DNA of 64,000 nucleotides, taken from NCBI GenBank assembly GCA_043228905.1, contig JBHGNT010000002.1:10478001-10542000 (forward strand), given 5' to 3'. This DNA is from Azolla caroliniana (lineage: Eukaryota; Plantae; Polypodiophyta). This document shows positions 1 through 10,970 of the stretch, piece after piece. Every line of letters starts with the position of its first letter. The stretch's first letter is position 1. A model generated the notes under the pieces. The model worked only from the letters and a program-made list of their open reading frames with translations. It had not been told where the DNA came from and did not search any database. The position numbers and the translations under genes were made by a program.

Positions 1-523
1 AAAGTCGCATAGAAGCCAACATCGAAAGCCGGACAACGCCGAAAGAAAAACCAGATGTCGGATGCCTCACACTTGAGCTTGAGGGGGCGTGTTGAGATAT
101 CAAGCTCAACTAGAGTTAGTTAGTTAATCAACCATCTAACTTCATAGTTACCTAAATAGAATCTATTTAGAAATGTTGACTATAACTCCTTAAATAGGAC
201 CTTGTACTTAAGTGGGATATTCTAGATCCTCCACTCCCAAGTACATTTAATATAGGACTTACACCTTTGTACCTATATTCTCCTCACACATGTGCACCCT
301 TGCACATGAGATTTATATATACCTCATTGTACGTATTTTTGTATTTGATGATGCTTTCTAAAATAGTTAATCATCCCCCATCGTGTCTCGTTGTTCATAA
401 GTGTTAAATTCCTCTCTCTCTTCCTCTCACACACATACACATACATATCACTTAATCTTCTACTTAACTTAATCACATAATTAGGTACTAATTAACTCTT
501 GCTTAATTACCTAATTCTTAACA
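1..523 (+). mobile_element. 3' end of a Ty1/Copia element of the same family as Copia B (PPT 81-89, 3' LTR 90-523)
   Basis: GAGGGGGCG polypurine tract followed by TGTTGAGAT...CTTAACA; this LTR is the reverse complement of the LTR at 47639-48074, and the upstream tail reads ...CLTLELEGAC* like Copia B (14726-14760). Confidence 0.9.
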
Positions 524-534
524 CCTTTCAATGA

Positions 535-2510
535 CTGGCCACATTGTTGATGCATTAACTTGGGTTCAAAAACAAGGTAGGATCCTTGCCTTTTGAAATC
601 TTCAAAATTTGTATGAATAAATGTTAATAGGAAAATTTTGAAGTACGTTTGAATGAATGTTAACACTAAAGCATGGTATTATGGTGTATGGATAACTAAA
701 AATGAGCACATTGGATTCTGAACCCAAAAGCCTAATTTCGAATGTTTGTGGGATGTTCATTTCAAAAATATTTGCATAATGAATATTATAGTCAACATGA
801 ATGATCTTATGATCTAGAGGACCTTGAGTTATAATCTATGTGGGACCCTTGCCACGTATAATTCTAAAACATGGTATTATCACATATGGATAATTAAGGG
901 TAAGGACATTGACTTAGAATCCAATAACTTGATTTCAAATCTTGTTAATACCTTGTTTAGTAACCTAAATTCAAATCTCTATAGGCCCTTGTCTTTCAAT
1001 ATATATCTAAGCGAATGTTATCACTAAAATACCTAATTGGTATTATGGTGTATGCAAATAAGTTTAATTCTAGGTAGGACTTTATCTCTTCAAATTTCAC
1101 ATGATAAATTTATTTTGAATCCATTACGTTGATCAAATCTTGATAGGACCTTCATATCTCAAACATCTCCAAAATGAATGTTAATACTAAAATATCTAAT
1201 TGGTATTATAGTGTTTCTATAGCTCATGGTATGGAAATTAAACTCTGAATCCTACATTTGGTCTAATGAATGTATCTTTAAACATCTTATGGTGTAACTT
1301 TTGTTTGATTTATACAAGATCGGATTGCCTCATGAACTAATGGTAAAGGCATTAAGACTTTGAATCTCAATAGGACTTTCATCTCTCAAATTTTCTAGAA
1401 ATGAATGTTATTAAAACATGTACTTGGTATGATGGCATATAAATCTCATTATATCCACCAGCGGCAATGTCCATTCAACTCCTCTTAATGACAAATCTCA
1501 AGTTGTGTTGGAATTGGTCTGCCCAATAACTCTTTGGATTCTATGGAAACAACGGTGTAGACAGGTCTTCTCCAACCAAACCGCGCATCCAACAAGGTTA
1601 CTGCAAGAGATATGGAGTGAAATTGTAGCCACTCTAAAGAGCCAATATGATGGCCTCAAGGGCGGCTCCGATGGAGTTGAAAGACAACGAATAGCCTTCA
1701 TCCAACAATGGTTGTCCTCTCCCTTTCTTGAGTCAGTGGGCATCCACATAAGATAGAACTATCACATCCCTATAGGGATTTGTACATAATCGTCTCATTT
1801 GTATAATTTTATAACTAATTGAAGGAGTTTTTTTTTAGAAAATAATAATAAATAAAATAAATCTCATTCTGAAAACATCTAATTGGTATTATGGTGTATG
1901 AGTAGTTTTTTGTAAAGATATGATTGGGCTTTTGGTCTAGTGGCAAGGGCATCAAACACTACCTAAGTTAAATCACGATAGGACCTCCATGTCTCAATAA
2001 ATTAAAGACGATATAAGTTTTCATTGGTCTTGGTCAAGTGGTACGGACATTGAACTTTGAATCCACTTACCCGAATTCAAATCTTAGTAGAACCTTCATC
2101 TCTTGAAAATTTCCACAAGGATAACTATTAATTACAACATTCAACATTGATATAGTAACTCATGTTCAAATCTCAGAACTTTTGCATCTCAAAATTTGTT
2201 GGACACTCGTTAAGGACATTGGTCTTTCAATCTAATAACTTGACCTAAATTCTTGGTAGGACCCTTCAAAATTTTACCTAATGAATGCTATTATCAAATA
2301 TTTGATTGTGATGTCTTAAAACATCTTGTTGGTATCACGGTTCTCGTAGTAAAGACATTAGAATCTCTACATGGCAAAAGTTTGCCTTACGCAACCTTCA
2401 AACCTAATCTAATGTTATTATTAAAAGATTTCATTCAAGATCCAATTGGTGTTATTGTCTAGTCATTATGATGTTGAAATTTGAATCCAAAAACCCGAGT
2501 TTAAATCTTT
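535..2510 (+). pseudogene. Tandem array of about 10 degenerate tRNA-Gln-like units with recurring spacer sequence
   Basis: Recurring GGTCTAGTGG...GGACATTG(G)ACTYTGAATCCA..AACCCGAGTTCAAATCTYGGTAGGACCT-like units (e.g. 896-953, 1927-1987, 2026-2095, 2209-2265, 2447-2509) resemble plant cytosolic tRNA-Gln; shared spacer motifs AATTGGTATTATGGTGTATG and GAATGAATGTTA. No unit has an intact cloverleaf. Confidence 0.7.
1451..1856 (+). mobile_element. 5'-truncated L1-like LINE (ORF2 C-terminus, 3' UTR, A-rich tail)
   Basis: ORF 1505-1756 (LWILWKQRC..VF...LKSQYD) aligns by eye with the C-terminus of LINE G ORF2 (MWFIWTARC..VF...LKGQYE); A-rich tail 1839-1856; 12-bp TSD ATAAATCTCATT at 1439-1450 and 1857-1868. 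Confidence 0.85.
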
Positions 2511-2637
2511 ATTTCTCAATAAAAAGAAAATTATCATTATATTTGAAATACTAGATAGCTTTTGGCGAGAATTAAAATAACCTTATAGAAAAGAGAATAA
2601 GATGGAATGGGTTTGTTAAGATGTGTATCACACTTAC

Positions 2638-2940
2638 AAATTGTCCCATCTGAAGCAAATGCCACTATGTCTGAGAATGTCCCACATGGGTACATACAGG
2701 TCGAGATACCTAAAAAAATCAAAACATCATACGGTTTAAGTTTTATTTTTTCATCTTTTGTTCCTAATCTTCAATCTCTCGCTCTCTCTCTTTTTATTGT
2801 TTTTAATTGTAATTAGCTTACCCTAGTTGTAAGTCGTTTACACTAGTAACACTACCTCTTGGGTTTGAAACCCAATTATCTCACCCCTCTATTACTTTAT
2901 GGATATCGTTGATTTCACTAAATGCCATTGTGTGCATCTT

Positions 2941-3008
<68 letters not shown>

Positions 3009-5025
3009 TAATATTAAATGTGTACTTTTCATTACTCACATAGATAAGGATCCATGCAACAATCCAGTATAGCATTATGCCATGTATTGCGACTACTACC
3101 GCTCATGGCTTGTTCCTTTTCATTATTAGATTTCATTGTCATCATCATCCTTAACATGTCTCCTTTTGAAGGGGACAACCCTTCTTCAAATTCTTGCCTG
3201 CTGTTTTTGTAGAAAAAATACCCAAAAAGCTTATGAAAACAATGTGAAGACATACCAAAAATTTTAATTCATGGCAAAGCGTTAGTAAGAAATTGAACTC
3301 AACGCGATATATATTTCCCTCATATGTTAACATTGTGTCTAGAACATTATGACCACACCTAGCTAGGATTGTAATGCTTTAGTACAAAAATGTTTAAGAC
3401 ATTGCAAAAAATCTTTATCGCATGCGTACCTAGAAGGAGAGGAAGTTGATAATTTTTCCTCATAAACATGGTCAAATGACATTGTTTGGTCATTGTAATG
3501 TCCCGATATACCAAGATGGTCAAAAATGCAAAAACTCTCAATTAGATCGAAGTTATCTCCATTTTTTGTATCTAAAGTTTCATTTAGATACTTGTTAGGT
3601 GTTGCTGATAATTCAAGGCCATTGTTTGGGGGAAAAACACTTTCAATTGTGTTTAAGAGATGGTAAATAACACCAACATGGTCCATTCCCAATCCCTCTT
3701 GTAACTCTAATCTCAACTTATCATTCTCTTCTTTGATTACTTCATTTAGACTCAAGCCCGGATAGCTTTGGGCCAATGACATTTCCAAGATATGGGCCTC
3801 TTTCGATGTAACCTCTGTTTTTAGAATTGTTTCATGAATTTTCAACTCTTCTTCATCCAATGTATACAATCTTGTATCAGTTCCAATTGCTTCCATAAGG
3901 CGATCCTATTATAAAAAACAGAGGAAATCATTGATAAGCTATTCTATGAAAAAATTAAAATATTTTCTAAACAAACTCAACATTGCCACATGTGCATTCT
4001 CCAACAAATGGATACAAATATGCCTTTTGTTTATCTACTGGCACATTGGGTGTGCTTATTTCCATATTTGGACATGTCATTCAGTCACATGTTTTAGACA
4101 TTTTTCCATGTGGCCATTTTCCATCATGTTTTCAACAACATCCAAGATTATGCATTTTTGGAGGGGAGGGTTGGCCCATCTTGTTTTATAGGACAACCTT
4201 GAATATTCAACAACCCTTCTTCAAGTTCAACAAGAAACTTAAGCTCCCAAAGAGAAGTTTTTCCAAGCTAGAACTAGCCTATATTCTCATTTGTCTCCCT
4301 CCCTACAATCTTCACCATTATGAGAATATTAAAGTACATTACTAAGACAAATCCACTTTATTATATGTTTCCCTCACCATAGAATGTCATGATGTTATGG
4401 CTAAGCAAACTAGAGTTAGTTTCGGCTCTATTATTAAAATTTCTACAACTCTACAGCTTCACATGAATCTAATGTTACTTAAAATTTCTTTTGAATTTGG
4501 TATCCCAATGGGAAAATGTATAGAATCCTTGTGATATTAAAACTTATCGTGTCTTGAGTACCATGGTTGAAACATATACACATGAAATAAGCAATGGTAT
4601 CAAAGATTAAATTACAAAGTAACACTCACTCTAGAATTATCCACAAGAGTGATGAGAGGAATCAAACCAAGCAATCTATCAATTTCAGCTTGGCATTCTT
4701 TGAATTGAGAGACAATGTTCCAACCTAAGGCGAGCAAGTACAAGTAACTTCTATCCTTACAACTATTAACAAGAAGGAAAGCCTTCTTTAGTGCTTCTTC
4801 AAGATGTTCTATAGGTTCTCGTGTCTCGGGCCACTCGAGAAGCTCAGAGAGTTTGAGTTGTTGTAGAAGGTTTCCTATAAGGCTAAGGTGTTGCGCAAAC
4901 TGTTTGCAATTCTTCTTATGCATCCTTGCATTGTTGGCCGAGTTTACAATGAGAGCTATTAGCTTGATTGAATCAAGGCCAGTTAGTTGTGTCGCGGCAG
5001 CTACTTCTCCTATAAAGTGACTCAT
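2638..5025 (-). CDS. MCA: MID1-complementing activity (MCA/CNR13)-family mechanosensitive Ca2+ channel; exons 5025-4630, 3905-3430, 3200(or 3197)-3040, 2709-2638; remaining PLAC8 exons not found in the window
   Basis: N-terminal MCAfunc motif QLTGLD.IKLI..IV..A.NARMHKKNC.QFAQHL.LIGNLL..., DRSYLYLLALGWNIV.QF; YTLDEE; PLAC8 start WHNAILDCCMDPYLC/ISTCMYPCGTFS. All four exons join in frame with GT-AG introns. Confidence 0.9.
2945..3008. repeat. (CT)n(AT)n compound microsatellite in MCA intron 3
   Basis: Direct inspection. Confidence 0.95.
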
Positions 5026-5701
5026 ATCTATCTATCTATCTATCTATCTATCCCTTAGATCTATGCAATCTATGTATAGACATGATTTATTTTCATTTCT
5101 ATGAATAGAAAACAAGAGGGGAGGGGAGGGATAGAGAGGATGAGCTAATAAGATGTCCTCGTGTGTGTGTGTGTGTGTGTGTGTGAGAGGGAGAGAGTGT
5201 GAGAGAGATATTAACATCTTCCAAGACTGCCCATGACACAATTGATAACAATGATGGGATGTGTACCTAATAATCGAAAATAAAAATAAAAATAACATAA
5301 ATAAAAGAGTTTTAGCATGGTACAAAAAGAGTTTAGAGAGAGAGAGAGAGAGCAAATAGCTTTTAATCCAAGTGTCATGATAAATAGTGAGAGAGGTCTA
5401 GGTTTGATTTACCTTTGGATCTAAGTCTCATGACAAGATAAAGAGATCTTTTTAACTACCTTGGAATCCAAGTATCATGACTAGATAGATACTTTTTATT
5501 TTGTTATTTGCCATATTTGTGACCATTTTAGTCACATAGAAGTTTCTTGTTTCTTTGATTTGCATTTTTCCATTGCCATTGTAAGGAAGGAAGAAAAGAA
5601 TTGAATATTTGTGTGCCCACATGTATGCAAACACCAAATCATAAACGATGTGTGTGTCCACAATTAGGTTAATGTCGTGATATTTACACGTGCTTGTGTG
5701 C

Positions 5702-5736
<35 letters not shown>

Positions 5737-6523
5737 TAAAAGGATGAATTGAACTTTAATGATCTATTTTTACATAAATTTACTTTTCTTATTTAATCTA
5801 CCCTTCAAGGATCATGGTAAATGCACAAACAAATATTAGTGATGTGCGCATTCACAATTTTTTATGCTGACAAAGTGAGTTTCCTCAAAGCATGAATATG
5901 TTGGCTCTAAATTTTTTGAGATCATAAGATCCAAGGACAATTCTTTTTTTAACGCTTACATCATACGATAAGTGATATTTCCCTAGGTTAGAAAGTGCTT
6001 TTCCAAATCTATTTTGCTTGAGCTAGATTCACACTATAGTACCATCTCATCCATTTCCCTTGCTTCTAATGCACTTCTACAAAAATAGTTGGTATTATAG
6101 AGATACCAAAGCATCTTTTTTTTCTAAAAAGAGATACCAAAGCTTTGGTTCCACAAGTTTTTAATTTGAAGACATACATACATCCATGTAAGGTGTCTAT
6201 ATTGAAGGCCATAAATACATTTTAAATAGTTCAATATTGTACAAGACATCATAATGGACATGGTTGACAATTTCATAAATATAGCTCATCCAACCTTAGA
6301 TTAGGAATATTGCTTGTGTAGACCAACATATTAGAAACAAAGAAATTGATGCAATACAACTTCAAAGATTACATTTAGGATAAAAATATGTGAATAATCC
6401 AAATACAATGAAAAGATATGAAAATACATAGTGAGAACATAATGAAAAGATAGTGGCATGAGATTGGGTGTCTTTTTCCTTATAAACTTTTGAAATAAGA
6501 GAATGTCATATGAATATGAATAT

Positions 6524-6985
6524 CTATAATGCCAATATTAGAGATGGCATTGATTTTCTATTGGTTTGGCCAAGTTGGCTTTGCCAAATTGTATTGCAAG
6601 GAGCTAGATGTGAAGATTGGTTAAGGACGGTAAGGGACGTGTTAAAATATTCTCGAAGTTTGGCTATTTTGCCATCTCGTATTGTCCAAACGTGTACCCA
6701 ACATTTATTGGCATGCTTAGTTCCTTGTGCTCCTTCACCTTCAACAAAAACTCTATTTCCAATGCTTTGAATATACATAGGTACAAATGCAAATTCCTCT
6801 GTTTTGATTATTGATGAAACGCCAGATAGGAGCTTCATAAGATGTTGCTCATGGGGAGGGCCATGGAAACACCACTCCAAATCTTGAGAAGCTAACAGAT
6901 CCATAACCCTCCCCCCATTGTGAATGTCTAGTGCCTCATAAAAGTCATGGAGCATGTATATATTCTTATTCTCCTCAAATTCCAT
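6524..6985 (-). CDS. Wound-induced protein 1 / SAG20-like SnoaL (NTF2-like) protein, 153 aa, intronless
   Basis: Family motifs FYEAL...LLA.DLEW.FHGPP..QHLM.LL.G, F.FVP..I..IG..V.VEG, WVHVWT..DGKI..LREYFNTSLTV, WQS, SMPSL.LAL; start taken at the second Met (6985). Confidence 0.9.
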   Translation of the reverse strand: MEFEENKNIYMLHDFYEALDIHNGGRVMDLLASQDLEWCFHGPPHEQHLMKLLSGVSSIIKTEEFAFVPMYIQSIGNRVFVEGEGAQGTKHANKCWVHVWTIRDGKIAKLREYFNTSLTVLNQSSHLAPCNTIWQSQLGQTNRKSMPSLILAL

Positions 6986-7606
6986 AGTGAATGATAACAA
7001 TGCTAGGGTTGTGGCAAACTCAAGTTCTTTTGAAAACAGCCTACATATAACAAAACACCCAAAGCAATTTATCAAATAATGATTTAGTACACTTTTCATG
7101 CGTTAGAAATATGTTAACTCCATGATATAATGAATTACTACATTATGTACATGTGAAAGGGGATAGAACTCCAAATAATTGACATTCCTATTGAGAACAA
7201 ACAAATCATAACAAGAAAGCATCTCAAATTGAATAACTCAAAGAGTTTCTTAATTTTAAGGCATAAAAGTCTAGTGCCTCATAAAAGTCATGGAGCATGT
7301 ATATATTCTTATTCTCCTCAAATTCCATAGTGAATGATAACAATGCTAGGGTTGTGGCAAACTCAAGTTCTTTTGAAAACAGCCTACATATAACAAAACA
7401 CCCAAAGCAATTTATCAAATAATGATTTAGTACACTTTTCATGCGTTAGAAATATGTTAACTCCATGATATAATGAATTACTACATTATGTACATGTGAA
7501 AGGGGATAGAACTCCAAATAATTGACATTCCTATTGAGAACAAACAAATCATAACAAGAAAGCATCTCAAATTGAATAACTCAAAGAGTTTCTTAATTTT
7601 AAGGCA
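6926..7606. repeat. Near-perfect 338-bp tandem duplication (6926-7263 / 7269-7606) of the promoter, 5' UTR and first ~20 codons of the SnoaL gene
   Basis: Period 343; identical N-terminal ORFs 7099 and 7442; 5-bp filler TAAAA between copies. Confidence 0.95.
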
Positions 7607-8221
7607 CTTGATTATCAAGATTTCGTTTTAAATCCTAATAAGGGAATGAGCATACACATGTAAACAATCCTTAAAAAAGGTTATTTATAGTATATACTAT
7701 AGCTCAATGAAAATTATATGCATTGGTTTTTACTTATATTTCAAGGATTATGTTAATCCATAAAACATAAAATTTCACACATTCTTTATTTACATCAATT
7801 TATACTTATTAAGCCACTTATATAGCACATTGTTTGTTCTGTAAAACTTATGAGGATATGGTTTGGTAAATGTTGAGCTTTATTGTGATGATTGAAAGGA
7901 AAATTAGCCATCTAAAGTTGAGAAATACTTCACATCAATTAATTTATTTTCCTAACAAGCAGAATTAAAGATAATGTAACCATATTTGAAGCAAACCCAC
8001 CTGATAATCATAATAAAGGATATCCACGTAGTAGTATCCTTGATTAACTTGACATCGAAAATATACACATTGAGTTATTAAGCTCGCACTAAACCATGTG
8101 TATATATAGCTTGAATTCATGTTCTTGATGTCTTATGTGTTGGGCATTTACCCCTTTTTATTAATATTAACTTTTCATTGTTCAATTGTAACAATGTTAT
8201 TAGATCACTATACCCCATGAC

Positions 8222-8493
8222 ATTGGACGGGGCACTTTTGTTTTGATATTAGTAAAGGTTCTATAGTTTACATGAATTCAAAACATTCAATGGAGCAAAT
8301 GCAATGGGAGGAAGATTCCTGAACTTTTCGATTAAGGATATATATGGGAAATATTATTGACGGGGCACTTTTGTTTTGATATTTGTAAAGATTGTATATT
8401 TTACATGAATTCAAAACATTCAATGGAGCAAATGCAATGGGCGGAAGATTCCTAACCTTTTCGATTAAGGATATATATGGGAAATATTATTGA
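8222..8493. repeat. ~134-bp tandem duplication
   Basis: GACGGGGCACTTTTGTTTTGATATT...GGATATATATGGGAAATATTATTGA occurs twice with a few substitutions. Confidence 0.9.
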
Positions 8494-9279
8494 TAGGTTA
8501 TGTTCACAAAATTTAAACTAACCTAAAATTGGATGTATAGGATTCCTATACTTTCTATCATTATTAAAATTTTCTGAGCTCTATTAGAAAGGACCTTATA
8601 AGAGACTCACACATTTAGGTAGTAAGAAAACAAGATGTTCGATATATATATATATATATAAGGCTAGAGAAATATGTTGTGTCCACAAAAGCAACTTGCA
8701 ACATGAGACCTTTGTGTTTTTCTTCTTTGAAATGACACTTGTTCCATAATCAATTATGTCTTTTCTACCCTCCAATATCAATGAGTGTCACTTTTTTGAC
8801 AATATATAATGAATTGTGTATCTTCCTTCCTCCATTATCAATGAAGATTGCTTTTTTTATGATATTTTAGTGGATGTGACGTCAATTTATTAAACATTTA
8901 TATCTAGAGTTATCATGAATATATGATACACTTGGTAAAAAATATCCTTAGCAAATTATATAATCAAGGCATACTCACTATTGATGACCCTAGGGAAACT
9001 TGCATGCAGGAATCTTTAGAGAATTACCAAACCAAAGAGTATATATGAGGAGCTCAAGGCTTAGAGAGTATTGACCGTTTTAGTGATTTTCATCTTCTGG
9101 ATTGAGAGAAAGAACACTAGCAAATGATATTCTACCTATTGTAGTGAATAGTGCAACCTACCCCTTTGACATTGTGGATTGAATTTGTATTATTGCATTG
9201 GTTCTTTGGGTGTTGTGTCATCTTCTTAATCTTGTTATTATTCATCTTGTTTCTTGTAAGCATGTTATAGGATCTTTAG

Positions 9280-9570
9280 GTCTTGAAAGATTAGGTCGAA
9301 CTTTGGGTTACACATAATCCACATGGTAATATTAGATCTTAGCTTGACCTACAACAACCTAAGGAGGAATATTTTTGAAAGAATTGATTACGTTCACAAG
9401 GAAGTGGCACAAAGCATGCCTAAGAAAAGGGAAGAGGTCAACTTAGATAGGAGATTAATCACTTCAAGATTTCTATCATGTCACCACTGTTATCGCACAT
9501 GTCAATGAGTGAATCATTGGACACATGAAGCTCTACTAGAGGGACCATCATGACTTAGGGGAGAGAAAGG
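9280..9570 (+). mobile_element. Highly degenerate Gypsy integrase C-terminus remnant with possible PPT
   Basis: Broken frames resembling an integrase tail, ending at purine tract TTAGGGGAGAGAAAGGGG; weak. Confidence 0.35.
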
Positions 9571-9731
9571 GTCAAAAGTACAAAAAATTGATTACACAAA
9601 CTTCTTCCCATGAAAGAATCGTAAATATGAAAGAATAGTTCTATAGGAAGTTGAGTAATATGAATTGGGATAAGTTAGATTATGAGTGTAATGGCATGTG
9701 TTGAGAGAAGGCTATCATAGACAGATATATT

Positions 9732-10159
9732 TAACAATAGGCAATGATTCAGTGAAACCGTGAAACCATGGCTTAACCAAACCGTGAAACCATGGCTTAA
9801 CGGTTTAAATGGTTCGGTTCGATTTCAACAGTTAGAAACTACGGTTTTAACGGTTTAACGGTTTAACGGTTTTTTACTTTTATTTTATTTTTTAAATTTA
9901 AAAAAAAATTAAAATTGTTTTTAAACAATCTTTTCACTTTTAGGCATTATTCTCACATTTTAGGAACATATTTAAATTTAAAAATAATGAAAAATTTAGA
10001 ATTTAAATTTGGACCTAAGTTGAAAACCGTAACCGCGGTTTTAACAGTTTAACGGTTTGAAAATGTTTTAATGGTTTTGTGGTTCAATTCAAGTTTCAAA
10101 ATTTTTAAACAATTCGGTTTTGACCCTCTCAAACCGAATTGAACCGTTGCCGATTGTTC
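9732..10159. mobile_element. Non-autonomous TIR element (MITE), hAT-like
   Basis: Imperfect TIR AACAATAGGCAATGATTCA / AACAATCGGCAACGGTTCA, 8-bp TSD GATATATT (9724-9731, 10160-10167), many internal AAACCG/CGGTTT motifs, AT-rich core. Confidence 0.75.
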
Positions 10160-10970
10160 GATATATTGGAAAAATGGGGGACGATTATTCAATATTAAGA
10201 AACAAATAATCTTATATAACCCAACTAATAGTCAATACTATTAGATATAATCAATGATCAGCCCCAAGTTGTAAATCTATCCCCATATGTGCTCTTAGAG
10301 TGCACATTTTGTGATAGCGCCCCAAATGAGGAGCGGCTAGTGTGCAACTCGACCATATGGGTCGATAAGGTGTTAATCTAGGAAACCGTAGATACGTAGG
10401 ACACAATGGATTTAGGAAAGAGCGAAATAGGTAATAGGATTGGCTAATCAAGTCAACTAGAATATTTTGTGGGCCAGTTACAATGTACTTAGTCTTGAAG
10501 TATGTGCCATTGACTTCAAGATAAGTAATATCTAGCACTAGCCTGTATCTAGGGAGTTGGGTTATATTAAATGACAAGTCAGTTGATAGAAAAGGAATAT
10601 GTCCACTACTATCAATTGACATGCACATTTAAGGTTACACTCAGACCAAACAGAGAATATAATCCACTCTCTTACACAATGGTGTATTGATCATCAGTCC
10701 CCGCTAATTTGGTAGTGAGCTGGTCCAGATCCCATCTAAGCTCTAAGGTATGAGCGCATGGGTGAACTACCATTGTGAGCTACTCTCATATGTAATAGAA
10801 GTTTTGTTTTCATATATCCATCTCTGTGGTTGTAACTCTATATACCTATCTAATCGATTCTCAATATTTCTAACATGGTATCAGAGCTGAGAGGTTGATC
10901 TAGATTAGATATATATGAGTAGTTGTTGTCTAGCAGCACAGAGAAATAGAGAGAGAGAGAGAGAGAATCA

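Noticed and set aside
535-2510. Functional tRNA genes here or in the LTR modules
   Set aside because: None forms a complete canonical cloverleaf by eye; reported as tRNA-like only.
6986-7099. 38-aa N-terminal extension of the SnoaL ORF
   Set aside because: No family resemblance; more likely 5' UTR.
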